Source of the DNA: Betaproteobacteria bacterium
GTDB lineage: Bacteria > Pseudomonadota > Gammaproteobacteria > Burkholderiales > SG8-39
Length of the DNA: 45,241 nucleotides
Assembly (NCBI GenBank): GCA_007280315.1
Contig: QYQC01000080.1
Location: 1-45,241 of the forward strand
Direction of reading: 5' to 3'
Shown here: one piece after another, positions 18,742 to 27,357 of the stretch
Position numbering within the stretch: the stretch's first letter is position 1
Layout: the number at the start of each line of letters is the position of its first letter
Notes under the pieces: model-generated
Told to the model about the DNA's origin: nothing
What the model saw: only the letters and a program-made list of their open reading frames with translations
Databases searched by the model: none
Program-made: the position numbers and the translations under genes

Positions 18742-18999
18742 TTATCCCCCGGTCACCGGCGGAAAAAAGGCGATCTCGTCATCCGCTTTGATCGGCGTGT
18801 TGTTGCGCGCCAGATCCTGGTTGACCGCGACGCGAACCGCCTTGCTCCGGTCGAACGCCGCCGCGGATGCTCCGCCACGCGCGATCAGTCGCGCGCGCAG
18901 GTTGGCTACATCTTTGACTTCCGCTGGCAGTTCGAACATCTCCCCGGGTATGCCCATTTCCTCGCGCAGACTGCCGAAGTAGAGAATCCTGATGCTCAT
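18742..18999 (-). CDS. moaD: Molybdopterin synthase sulfur-carrier subunit MoaD
   Basis: 85 aa with a ubiquitin-like size and a C-terminal FFPPVTGG di-glycine. The ATG overlaps the moeA stop (ATGA). Confidence 0.85.
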   Translation of the reverse strand: MSIRILYFGSLREEMGIPGEMFELPAEVKDVANLRARLIARGGASAAAFDRSKAVRVAVNQDLARNNTPIKADDEIAFFPPVTGG

Positions 19000-20216
19000 T
19001 GGAACAGCTCCGAAAAAGGAAGAAATTTCACCATGTCGCCGCGGCGGATCGGGTGTTTCGCCGGATTGTCGATGAAGCCGTCCGCCCACACCGCCGAAGT
19101 CAGCACGGCGGAGCTCTGATTCATGAATAGATCGAGTCCGCCGGCTGGATTTAATTTTACGCGCAAGAATTCACGCCGGGAATCGGGCTTCGGCCAGTCG
19201 AAATCGGCGCGCAGCGGATAGCCCAGCGGCTCCGTCCGGTTCGCGCCCTGGCAGCGCAGGATGAAAGGCCGCACGAAAATCAGAAAGGTGACGAAACTGG
19301 ATACCGGATTGCCTGGCAGTCCGATGAAATGCGCCTTGCGGCCGGCGCCCGCATTGACTTCGCCGAATGCCAGCGGCTTGCCCGGCTTGACCGCGATTTT
19401 CCACATGGCGAGCCTGCCCTCGGCCTCGACCGCCGGCTTGATGTGGTCTTCCTCGCCCACCGACACGCCGCCCGAAGTGACGATGAGATCGTTGCCGGCG
19501 GCGGCCTCGCACAGCACCGCGCGCGTCGCATCCAGCCGGTCGGGGACAATGCCAAAGTCGGTGACGTCGCAGCCGAACAGTTGCAGCAGGCCGTTCAGGG
19601 TGAAACGATTGGAGTTGTAGATGCGGCCCGGCGGCAGCGGCTCGCCCGGCATCACCAGTTCATCGCCGGTAAAGAACACCGCCACCTTGAGCCGGCGATA
19701 CAGCGGCAGCGCCGCGATCCCGACCGAAGCGGCGAGGCCGGTATCCTGCGGCCGCAGTTTCATCCCGGCCGCGAGGATTTCGCTGCCGCCGTGGATGTCC
19801 TCGCCCACGCGCCGCACCCATTCGCCGGACCTGGGCCGGTGCTTCACGATGACTGCATCGCCGTCCTGCGCGCATTGCTCCTGCATCACCACCGCGTCGG
19901 CGCCTGGCGGAATCGGCGCGCCGGTGAAAATGCGCGCCGCCGTCCCGCGTGCAAGCGGCTGCGGCATGCTGCCGGCGGCGATGCGCTGCGAAACAGGCAG
20001 GCGCGCCTCGCCGGAGGCGCAATCGGCGGCATAGACCGCGTAGCCATCCATCGACGTATTGTCCAGCGAGGGCACGCTGAAGCCCGAGTGTTGCGCCGCG
20101 GCCAGCACGCGGCCGGTGGCGGCGAGCGTAGGCAGCTGCTCTGTTTCCACGACCGGCGTCGCGCCGGCAAGCAACAGGGCCAGGGCCTCGTCAACGGAAA
20201 GCATGTCCGGCTTCAT
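18996..20216 (-). CDS. moeA: Molybdopterin molybdenum(tungsten)transferase MoeA, paralogue 1
   Basis: Motifs are LSVDEALALL..., SLDNTSMDGYAV, TGDELV, SGGVSVGEEDH and GLPGNPVSS. The start MKPDM at 20216 overlaps the mobB stop (TAATG). The track ORF start at 20297 was trimmed. Confidence 0.9.
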   Translation of the reverse strand: MKPDMLSVDEALALLLAGATPVVETEQLPTLAATGRVLAAAQHSGFSVPSLDNTSMDGYAVYAADCASGEARLPVSQRIAAGSMPQPLARGTAARIFTGAPIPPGADAVVMQEQCAQDGDAVIVKHRPRSGEWVRRVGEDIHGGSEILAAGMKLRPQDTGLAASVGIAALPLYRRLKVAVFFTGDELVMPGEPLPPGRIYNSNRFTLNGLLQLFGCDVTDFGIVPDRLDATRAVLCEAAAGNDLIVTSGGVSVGEEDHIKPAVEAEGRLAMWKIAVKPGKPLAFGEVNAGAGRKAHFIGLPGNPVSSFVTFLIFVRPFILRCQGANRTEPLGYPLRADFDWPKPDSRREFLRVKLNPAGGLDLFMNQSSAVLTSAVWADGFIDNPAKHPIRRGDMVKFLPFSELFQ

Positions 20217-20713
20217 TAGCGATTCAGCTCCAGCGTATCCAGCACGAAAGCGGCGATGCCATCGTAGTCCTCGAGGCCGAACTGCGGCAAGGGGCATTGA
20301 ACAGGCGTGTCGGTGGCGAGCGCCACGATATGCTCGTCCTGCGGATGCAGCAGCGGTTTCCCGTTGGCTTTGCGGTAGATCTCCAGCTTGGGCAATGGAT
20401 AGCGCTTGTAGCCTTCGATCAGCAGCAGATCGCAGGGCGACATGCGCGCGATTTGCTGCTCCAGCGTCGCCTCGTCTTCGCCGCGCATTTCGTGCATCAA
20501 TGCCCAGCGCTCGCCCGAAGTGACCAGGACCTCGCTGCAGCCGGCGGCGCGATGGCGGAATGAATCCTTGCCCGGCTGGTCGACGTCGAAGCGATCGTGT
20601 GCGTGCTTGATCAGCGATACCTTCAGGCCGGTGCGCGCAAAGCGCGGGATCACCTGCTCGATCAGCGTGGTTTTGCCGCCACCGGACCAGCCGGCAAAGC
20701 CGAAAATTTTCAT
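20216..20713 (-). CDS. mobB: Molybdopterin-guanine dinucleotide biosynthesis adapter MobB
   Basis: 165 aa with P-loop FAGWSGGGKTTL, followed by LIKHAHDRFDVDQPGKDS. Confidence 0.9.
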   Translation of the reverse strand: MKIFGFAGWSGGGKTTLIEQVIPRFARTGLKVSLIKHAHDRFDVDQPGKDSFRHRAAGCSEVLVTSGERWALMHEMRGEDEATLEQQIARMSPCDLLLIEGYKRYPLPKLEIYRKANGKPLLHPQDEHIVALATDTPVQCPLPQFGLEDYDGIAAFVLDTLELNR

Positions 20714-20818
20714 TACGGACGATACGCTCCGGCTGCCCCGCGACCGTGGTCAGCGCTGTGGATATGACTGAATATTTTAACAGCTTATGCCGCCCGACCC
20801 GGGCTGTTCGGTCAGTTA

Positions 20819-21472
20819 TCAGACTGCGGCCAGCTTGCCCTCATCCAGGTGGAAGCGCCGCGTGCCCGGAAGTTCGATCAGCTGGCGATCGTGGCAGGCG
20901 ATGAGCAGACTGCGCCCGTCCTGCACCAGCTGCCGGATCAGGGCGATGGTCTGGGTGCGCGCCTCGCCGTCCAGATTGGCGGTCGGCTCGTCGAGCAGGA
21001 ACAATTTTGGCTTGAGTACTTTTGCTCGCGCCAGCGCCACGCGCTGCTTCTCGCCGCCGGAGAGTTTCGCCGGCGGCACGTGGCGCAGGTGTTCCACGCC
21101 GGCCCAGGCGATGGCCGCCTCGACCAGGCGCCGGCGCTCGGCCCCGCCAATGCGTCGCGCCGCCAGCCCGTAGCCGACGTTGTGCGCCACCGTGCTGTGA
21201 AACAGATAGGGATGCTGGTGGACGTGCACGATATCGCGGCGCACCTCCGCCGCCAGCCGGTCGTGGTTCAGCGCCGCGCCGCAAAACTCGAAGCCCGCAA
21301 TCTCGCCCGGCTCGAGTCCCGCCAAAATGCGCAGCAGCGTGGTCTTGCCCGAGCCGTTGTCGCCGGTAATGACGTAGGCCTCCCCTTCGCCGATGGTGAA
21401 CGGCCCGAGATCGAACAGGGTGCGCGCGCCGAAGGTCTTGCGCAGTTGCCGGAACGCAAGCAGTGCGTTCAC
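20819..21472 (-). CDS. tupC: ABC transporter ATP-binding protein (TupC-like, tungstate/molybdate)
   Basis: Walker A GDNGSGKTTL, signature LSGGEKQRVALA and Walker B LFLLDEPTANLD. The protein is short (217 aa) with no TOBE domain. Its start overlaps the end of tupB by 4 nt. Confidence 0.75.
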   Translation of the reverse strand: MNALLAFRQLRKTFGARTLFDLGPFTIGEGEAYVITGDNGSGKTTLLRILAGLEPGEIAGFEFCGAALNHDRLAAEVRRDIVHVHQHPYLFHSTVAHNVGYGLAARRIGGAERRRLVEAAIAWAGVEHLRHVPPAKLSGGEKQRVALARAKVLKPKLFLLDEPTANLDGEARTQTIALIRQLVQDGRSLLIACHDRQLIELPGTRRFHLDEGKLAAV

Positions 21473-22164
21473 TTGAGCCCGCCCCTGCCTTGCAGCATGC
21501 CCAGCGCGACGCTGATGCTCAGTGCGAACAACATCAGCACCACCCCGAGCGCGATGCCCTGTGCGAAATCACCCTTGCTCGTCTCCAGCGCTATGGCGGT
21601 CGGGATATTGCGCGTGACCCCGGCGATATTGCCGCCGATCATCATGGCGCAGCCGACTTCGGAAATCACCCGGCCGAAGCCGTTGAATACGCCCGCCACC
21701 ACGGCAAAGCGAACCTCCAGCAGCGTGGTCAGCGCGGCGCGCAAGGACGACGCGCCCAGACTCACCGCAGTTTCGTGCGCACGCGGATCCGCGCCCTGCA
21801 CCGCCGCCAGGGCAAATGCAGTCAGCACCGGAAATGCGATCACGGCCTGGCCCATGATCATCGCTTCCTGGGTAAACAGCAGCTGCCACGAACCGAGCGG
21901 TCCCTGGCGCGTGAGCAGGATGTACAGGATCAGGCCGACCACCACCGTCGGGAACGACAGCAATCCCTGAATCAACACGACGAGGATGCGCCGGCCGGGA
22001 AAGCGCTGCTGCGCCAGCGCGTAACCGAGGACAACCGCCGGTGGCGTCGCGACCGCGAGCGCGATAAGCGATACGCGCAGGGAGATCCAGACTATGGTCC
22101 AGATTTCTGCATCGCCCGAGAGCAGCAGCGCGAATGCCTGTCGCGTCGACGCGAGGATATCCAT
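21469..22164 (-). CDS. tupB: ABC transporter permease (TupB-like)
   Basis: 231 aa, five to six TM segments, EAA-like loop HETAVSLGASSLRA. The gene lies between the binding-protein genes and the ATPase gene. Confidence 0.8.
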   Translation of the reverse strand: MDILASTRQAFALLLSGDAEIWTIVWISLRVSLIALAVATPPAVVLGYALAQQRFPGRRILVVLIQGLLSFPTVVVGLILYILLTRQGPLGSWQLLFTQEAMIMGQAVIAFPVLTAFALAAVQGADPRAHETAVSLGASSLRAALTTLLEVRFAVVAGVFNGFGRVISEVGCAMMIGGNIAGVTRNIPTAIALETSKGDFAQGIALGVVLMLFALSISVALGMLQGRGGLK

Positions 22165-22171
22165 CGGAAAT

Positions 22172-22990
22172 CTAGCGCGCCGTCGCCGGCACGAAAAAGA
22201 CCTGCTGCCCGCCGATGCGAAAACCAGTCATCAGCCGTTGCGCCTCAGCCGAGGTCAGCCAGGCGACGAACTTGGATGCGGCAGCAGCCTGAACGCCGGG
22301 AAAGCGCGCCGGGTTCACCGCCACGACGCCGTATTCGTTGTACAGCCGCGCGTCGCCTTCAGACAGGATTTCCATTCCGGTCCTGCTGCGAAATGCAGCA
22401 AACGTCGCGCGGTCGCAGAGCGTATAAGCCTGCATCTCGCCCGCCATCATCAATACCTGGCCCATGCCCACGCCGGCCGACAAGTAGCCCGCCCATTTCG
22501 GTTCCACGCCGGCGGCACGCCACAACTCACGTTCTTTCACATGTGTCCCCGACTCGTCGCCGCGGGAAATGAAGCGTGCCTTGGCAGATTGAAGTTTCTG
22601 CATGGCTGCCACGGCGTCCTGCGTGCCGCGGATGCGCGCCGGATCCTGCGGCGGGCCGGCGATGACAAAATCGTTGAAGGCCACGGCATGGCGCTTCAGT
22701 CCTGCGCCCGAGGCGACCAGCTTTTCTTCCTGCGTTTTGACATGCGACAGGATTGCATCGACGTCGCCGTTCGCCGCCAGCTTGATCACCTGTCCGCTGC
22801 CGCCAATGGCCAACTGCACCTTGATGCCAGACACGGCCTCGAACGCGGGAATCAGCGTATTCAGCAGGCCCGAATCCTGCAGCGTATGCGTCGCCGCCAG
22901 TCTGAGTTCGGCGGCATTCAGCGGCAGCGCCGCAAGCGTCAGACACAGCGCGGCGGCGAACCGAAACAGCATACGCAATGCGGAAGGCAC
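22172..22990 (-). CDS. Periplasmic oxyanion-binding protein, divergent TupA paralogue
   Basis: Signal peptide present. It aligns by eye along its full length with the upstream TupA (FNDFVIAGPPQDPA, SRGDESGTH, YTLCDRATF). The N-terminal anion-binding motif reads ATHTLQDSGLL instead of TTTSTDNSGLL. Confidence 0.75.
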   Translation of the reverse strand: MPSALRMLFRFAAALCLTLAALPLNAAELRLAATHTLQDSGLLNTLIPAFEAVSGIKVQLAIGGSGQVIKLAANGDVDAILSHVKTQEEKLVASGAGLKRHAVAFNDFVIAGPPQDPARIRGTQDAVAAMQKLQSAKARFISRGDESGTHVKERELWRAAGVEPKWAGYLSAGVGMGQVLMMAGEMQAYTLCDRATFAAFRSRTGMEILSEGDARLYNEYGVVAVNPARFPGVQAAAASKFVAWLTSAEAQRLMTGFRIGGQQVFFVPATAR

Positions 22991-22997
22991 GCCCGCC

Positions 22998-23807
22998 CTA
23001 CTTGCCCGCGCTGGGGAAGAACATCTGTGCGCCTTCCACCTTGAAATCGGCGATGAGCTTCTGTCCTTCGGCCGACGTAATCCAATCGATCAACGTCATC
23101 GCGCCACGGTAGTTGACCCCCGGATACTTCTTCGGGTTGACGGCAATAATGCCGTATGGATTGAACATGCGCGGGTCGCCCTCAACCAGAATGTCCAGTC
23201 CGGTGCGGCTGCGATAGGCGGCGTAGGTGGCGCGGTCGGTAAGCGTGTAGGCGCGCAGGCTCGCGCTCATGGTCAGCACTTCGCCCATGCCCTGGCCCGC
23301 CGACAGGTAGGCGGGACCCGTGGGATCGGCGCCCAGCAGCTTCCAGTAAGAGCGCTCCATCTTGTGTGTGCCAGAATCATCGCCGCGCGATACGAAGCGC
23401 GCGCCCGACTGCTTGAGCCTGCGCATCGCGTCGACCACGTCTTTGGTGCCGCGGATGCCCGCGGGGTCCTCCGGTGGACCGACGATCACGAAATCGTTGT
23501 ACATGACGTCGTGCCGGTTAACGCCATGGCCCGCAGCCACGAAAGCGTCCTCGGCCGCCCGCGCGTGCACCAGCGTAAGATCCACGTCGCCGTTCTCGGC
23601 CAGTTTCAGTGCCTTGCCCGTGCCCACGGGAATCACCTGCACCTTGACACCGTATTTCCTTTCGAACACCGGCAGAATCGCGCGCAGCAGGCCGGAATTG
23701 TCAGTGCTGGTTGTCGTCGACATGCGGATGTCGCCTGATTCCGCCCGCAGGCTGCCTGCCATGCCGAGCGCGAGTAAGCATAGCGTCCCGATCAACAGCG
23801 ACTTCAT
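22998..23807 (-). CDS. tupA: Periplasmic tungstate-binding protein TupA
   Basis: Signal peptide, then the canonical TTTSTDNSGLL, GTGKAL and SRGDDSGTH motifs. The start MKSLLIG at 23807 was chosen (the track ORF starts at 23837). Confidence 0.85.
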   Translation of the reverse strand: MKSLLIGTLCLLALGMAGSLRAESGDIRMSTTTSTDNSGLLRAILPVFERKYGVKVQVIPVGTGKALKLAENGDVDLTLVHARAAEDAFVAAGHGVNRHDVMYNDFVIVGPPEDPAGIRGTKDVVDAMRRLKQSGARFVSRGDDSGTHKMERSYWKLLGADPTGPAYLSAGQGMGEVLTMSASLRAYTLTDRATYAAYRSRTGLDILVEGDPRMFNPYGIIAVNPKKYPGVNYRGAMTLIDWITSAEGQKLIADFKVEGAQMFFPSAGK

Positions 23808-23885
23808 CCGTTCCCCTGATGTCCTGATTGAACTCACAATCGTCCTTTATGCTGTTTATTACATATATGCACGGATTTGATTATC

Positions 23886-23913
23886 GCCTATTGCCATATC
23901 GTCGAGAATAGGC
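23886..23913. promoter_or_regulatory. Inverted repeat in the tupA/regulator divergent intergenic region (candidate operator)
   Basis: GCCTATT-14 nt-AATAGGC, within ATCGCCTATTGCCATATCGTCGAGAATAGGCTAT. It lies 15 nt upstream of the regulator ATG and about 80 nt upstream of tupA. Confidence 0.45.
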
Positions 23914-23927
23914 TATTTTTTGCATAC

Positions 23928-25013
23928 ATGGTCAAACTTGTCCCAGCAATCCGATGGCAGCTGCCGGGCGCCGGCGCTGCCGTGCTCGACGCGCGCCTGC
24001 TGCCGCTGCTCAACGCCATCGACGGCGGCGCGAACCTGGCCGCGGCGGTGGCGCAGGTCGGCCTGTCCTATCGCCACGGCTGGGGTCTTTTGCATGCGCA
24101 ATCGGCACTGCTGGGCGTGCCGCTGGTAGCGATGCAGCGGGGCAAAGGCGTCAGCCTGACACCTGCGGGACAGCAACTGCTGCGACTGACCGCCGGCGCC
24201 GAAGTGCGGCTGCTGCGTAAAGCCGGTGCCATCGAAATTTCGCCACCGCTGCCCGCGGCAGACCAGCGGTTGCGGCTGTGCCTGCATGCCAGCCACGACC
24301 TGGCGCTGATCGAACTGCGCGAACGCATCGCTCCCGCGTTCGGGCTGGAACTGGACCTTGAATTCAAGGGCAGCCTCGAAGCACTCGCCTCGTTCGCGGC
24401 CGGTCACGCCGACCTGGCCGGCTTTCACATTCCGCTCGGAACACACCCAGGCGCGCTGGCGCCCTATCTGCGCTGGCTCAAGGCCCGGCAGCATCGTCTG
24501 ATCGGATTCATCGAGCGCGAGCAGGGCCTGATGCTGCCTCCGGGCAACCCTAAGCGCGTGCGCGATTTGCGCGACTTGGCCACAAGGAAACTGCGCGTGG
24601 TCAATCGCCAGCGCGGTTCCGGCACGCGACTCCTGTTCGATCAGTTGCTGCAGGAATCCGGCATCGATGGACCGGCACTGCGCGGCTATTCCAACGAGGA
24701 ATTTACCCATCTTGCGGTCGCCGCGACCATCGCCGCTGGCAAGGCCGATGCCGGCTTCGGCGTCAAAGCCGCCGCCCTGCAATACGGACTCGCGTTCAAA
24801 TCGCTGGAGCACGAGCGCTATCTGCTCGCCTGCCGCAGCGAGGCTGCGCAGGAACCCGCCATCCGGCGCCTGCGCGAGGCGATCGCCAGCCCCGCAATGC
24901 TGCAGGCGGTACGCAAGCTGCCCGGATACGTTGCGGCGGACAGCGGCAGCGTGCTTGGCTTTACTCGTGCCTTTTCCGCGAACAGCAAGGCAAGGGGTCA
25001 GGTCTTGCATTAG
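23928..25013 (+). CDS. Transcriptional regulator: ModE-like N-terminal winged HTH fused to a PBP-like (oxyanion-binding) domain
   Basis: The N-terminus LLPLLNAIDGGANLAAAVAQVGLSYRHGWGLLHAQSALLGVPLVAMQRGKGVSLTPAGQQLL is the ModE/LysR-type HTH. The remaining roughly 250 aa look like a periplasmic-binding-protein fold (VNRQRGSGTR...). The gene is divergent from tupA. Confidence 0.75.
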   Translation: MVKLVPAIRWQLPGAGAAVLDARLLPLLNAIDGGANLAAAVAQVGLSYRHGWGLLHAQSALLGVPLVAMQRGKGVSLTPAGQQLLRLTAGAEVRLLRKAGAIEISPPLPAADQRLRLCLHASHDLALIELRERIAPAFGLELDLEFKGSLEALASFAAGHADLAGFHIPLGTHPGALAPYLRWLKARQHRLIGFIEREQGLMLPPGNPKRVRDLRDLATRKLRVVNRQRGSGTRLLFDQLLQESGIDGPALRGYSNEEFTHLAVAATIAAGKADAGFGVKAAALQYGLAFKSLEHERYLLACRSEAAQEPAIRRLREAIASPAMLQAVRKLPGYVAADSGSVLGFTRAFSANSKARGQVLH

Positions 25014-25043
25014 CGCAAATGCGTCAATGCAAGACCTGACCCC
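24994..25043. repeat. Perfect 18-bp inverted repeat (14-nt loop) spanning the regulator stop codon
   Basis: GGGGTCAGGTCTTGCATT-14 nt-AATGCAAGACCTGACCCC. No U-tract follows. The left arm encodes the last residues (GQVLH) and contains the first base of the TAG stop. Confidence 0.8.
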
Positions 25044-25163
25044 GTTCAGCGAATTTGCCTGACCCGGCCGGAAGCGGTATATTCGCCGCATCGGGAACTG
25101 CAGACTCCCGGTCAGACGGTGTCCCGTCCAAGTTCTGCGATTCTTCATTTCGCGAGGCTATTC

Positions 25164-25994
25164 ATGGACACCGTTTCTCCCGGCATTTCCGTTTCCCGAC
25201 TTCTCCAGCATCACGGCTCCGCCAGCGCGCCTTTCCTGCTCGACGTACGCCGCCTGCCGACTTTTTCAGCGGAAAAACGCATGATCGCCGGCGCCACCTG
25301 GCGCGATCCCGCGACAGTGAACGACTGGATAAAATTCATGCCGCGGCACCGCGAAGTCGCGGTGTACTGCGTGCACGGCCACGAGATCAGCAAGAACACC
25401 TGCGCGGCACTGCGCGCCGCCGGCGTGAACGCCTATTTCGTCGAAGGCGGAATCGAGGCGTGGATGGCCGCGAACGGACCGACCTTGGCGAAGGACCCGT
25501 CTTTGCCGATTCCATCCGCGGTAAATCAGCCGTCGAAATGGATAACGCGCGCGCGTCCCAAGATCGATCGCATCGCCTGTCCGTGGCTGATCCGGCGGTT
25601 TATCGACCCGTGCGCGGAATTCCTGTACGTGCCTTCGACCGAGGTCCTTGCGGTAGCGAAGTCCGAGCAGGCGGTTCCTTATGACGTAGCGGATGTGCAG
25701 TTTTCCCACCGCGGCGCGCTATGCAGCTTCGACGCCTTTCTCGCGGACTTCAAACTCGACGATCCCGCGCTCGCCGATCTGGCGTTGATCGTGCGCGGCG
25801 CCGACACCGGCAAACTCGAACTCTCGCCGCAATCACCGGGACTGCTCGCAGTTTCGCTCGGGCTTTCGGTAAACTTTTCTGACGACCATGCGATGCTCGA
25901 ACAGGGCATGATGATCTATGATGCCTACTACGCCTGGATCCGCGCGGCGCGGGCGGAGGCCCACAACGCCGATCTGTTCAAGAGGAAATCGTGA
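25164..25994 (+). CDS. Rhodanese domain / ChrB C-terminal domain fusion protein (sulfurtransferase/chromate-resistance protein)
   Basis: N-terminal rhodanese with active-site loop VYCVHGHEIS. The C-terminal part, KWITRARPKIDRIACPWLIRRFIDP...VPYDV..., is typical of the ChrB C-domain. The stop overlaps the chrA GTG. Confidence 0.8.
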   Translation: MDTVSPGISVSRLLQHHGSASAPFLLDVRRLPTFSAEKRMIAGATWRDPATVNDWIKFMPRHREVAVYCVHGHEISKNTCAALRAAGVNAYFVEGGIEAWMAANGPTLAKDPSLPIPSAVNQPSKWITRARPKIDRIACPWLIRRFIDPCAEFLYVPSTEVLAVAKSEQAVPYDVADVQFSHRGALCSFDAFLADFKLDDPALADLALIVRGADTGKLELSPQSPGLLAVSLGLSVNFSDDHAMLEQGMMIYDAYYAWIRAARAEAHNADLFKRKS

Positions 25995-27337
25995 CCGAAG
26001 ACAAGTACGAAGCTCCGGCGCCAGTGAGCCTGGGCGAGGCCTTCTGGTACTGGCTCAAGCTCGGCTTCGTCAGTTTCGGCGGCCCCACCGGGCAGATCGC
26101 GATGATGCATCAGGACCTGGTGGAGCGACGGCGCTGGATATCGGAGAAGCGTTTCCTGCACGCGCTCAACTATTGCATGCTGCTCCCCGGCCCGGAGGCG
26201 ACGCAGCTCGCCACCTACATCGGCTGGATGATGCACCGCACTTTGGGCGGCCTTGTCGCCGGCGTGCTGTTCGTGCTGCCATCCATGTTCATACTGATGG
26301 GGCTGACCTGGGTGTACCTCGTCTATGGCAACGTGCCGCTGGTGGCCGGGATACTCTATGGCATCAAGCCAGCGGTCACCGCCATCGTCGTATTCGCCGC
26401 CTACCGCATCGGCTCGCGCGCGCTCAAGAACGGCGTGCTGTGGGCGATCAGCGCCGCCGCCTTCATCGCCATCTTCGCGTTCAAAGTGCCGTTTCCCTAC
26501 ATCGTGCTGGCGGCGGGCATCATCGGCTTCGCCGGCGGTCGACTGGCGCCGTCTAAATTCGTCACCGGCGGCGGTCATGGTGCGGCCGGCAAAAGCTACG
26601 GCGCGGCAATCATCGATGACGACACGCCCACGCCCGCGCATGCGCGCTTCGCCTGGCGGCGCTTCGTCGGCGTCAGCGTCGCCGGGCTCGCGCTCTGGGC
26701 CGTGGCGATCGCCTGGCTCTACGCGGTAAACGGCTGGGACGGAACGCTGACCCGGATCGGATGGTTTTTCACCAAGGCGGCGCTGCTCACTTTTGGCGGC
26801 GCCTATGCGGTCCTGCCTTACGTCTACCAGGGCGGCGTTGAAACCTATGGCTGGCTCACGCCGACGCAAATGATCGACGGCCTGGCGCTGGGCGAAACCA
26901 CACCGGGACCGCTGATCATGATCGTGACCTATGTAGGATTCGTCGGCGCCTGGACCAAGCAGATTTTTGGTCCGGACGCGCTGTCCCCGCTCTGGGCCGG
27001 CATCGCAGGCGGCGCGGTGGCCACGTTCTTCACCTTCCTGCCGTCCTATTTGTTCATTCTCATCGGCGGGCCGCTGGTCGAGGCCACGCACGGCGATCTC
27101 AAATTCACCGCACCGCTCACCGGCATCACCGCGGCCGTGGTCGGCGTGATCCTAAACCTCGCCGTATTTTTTGCCTGGCATGTGCTCTGGCCGGCCGGCT
27201 TCAGCGGCCGCTTCGAGTGGTTCGCCGCCCTCGCCGGCCTGGTCGCGTTCATCGCCTTGTTCAGATACAAAGCCGGCATCATCCCGGTGATCATGGCTTG
27301 CGGCGCGGCGGGATTGGCTTACACCTTGCTTATTTAA
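25991..27337 (+). CDS. chrA: Chromate efflux transporter ChrA (CHR family, long form)
   Basis: 448 aa with duplicated CHR halves: FVSFGGPTGQIAMMHQDLVERRRWISEKRF and LLTFGGAYAVLPYV... Confidence 0.92.
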   Translation: MTEDKYEAPAPVSLGEAFWYWLKLGFVSFGGPTGQIAMMHQDLVERRRWISEKRFLHALNYCMLLPGPEATQLATYIGWMMHRTLGGLVAGVLFVLPSMFILMGLTWVYLVYGNVPLVAGILYGIKPAVTAIVVFAAYRIGSRALKNGVLWAISAAAFIAIFAFKVPFPYIVLAAGIIGFAGGRLAPSKFVTGGGHGAAGKSYGAAIIDDDTPTPAHARFAWRRFVGVSVAGLALWAVAIAWLYAVNGWDGTLTRIGWFFTKAALLTFGGAYAVLPYVYQGGVETYGWLTPTQMIDGLALGETTPGPLIMIVTYVGFVGAWTKQIFGPDALSPLWAGIAGGAVATFFTFLPSYLFILIGGPLVEATHGDLKFTAPLTGITAAVVGVILNLAVFFAWHVLWPAGFSGRFEWFAALAGLVAFIALFRYKAGIIPVIMACGAAGLAYTLLI

Positions 27338-27357
27338 CCGAAACTTAAGGAGAAACG

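Noticed and set aside
23913-25148. 411-aa minus-strand ORF
   Set aside because: It is antisense to the ModE-N/PBP-like regulator, and its translation has no recognisable domain.
25928-27091. 387-aa minus-strand ORF
   Set aside because: It is antisense to chrA. The translation is Arg/Asp/Gly-rich with no TM segments or motifs.
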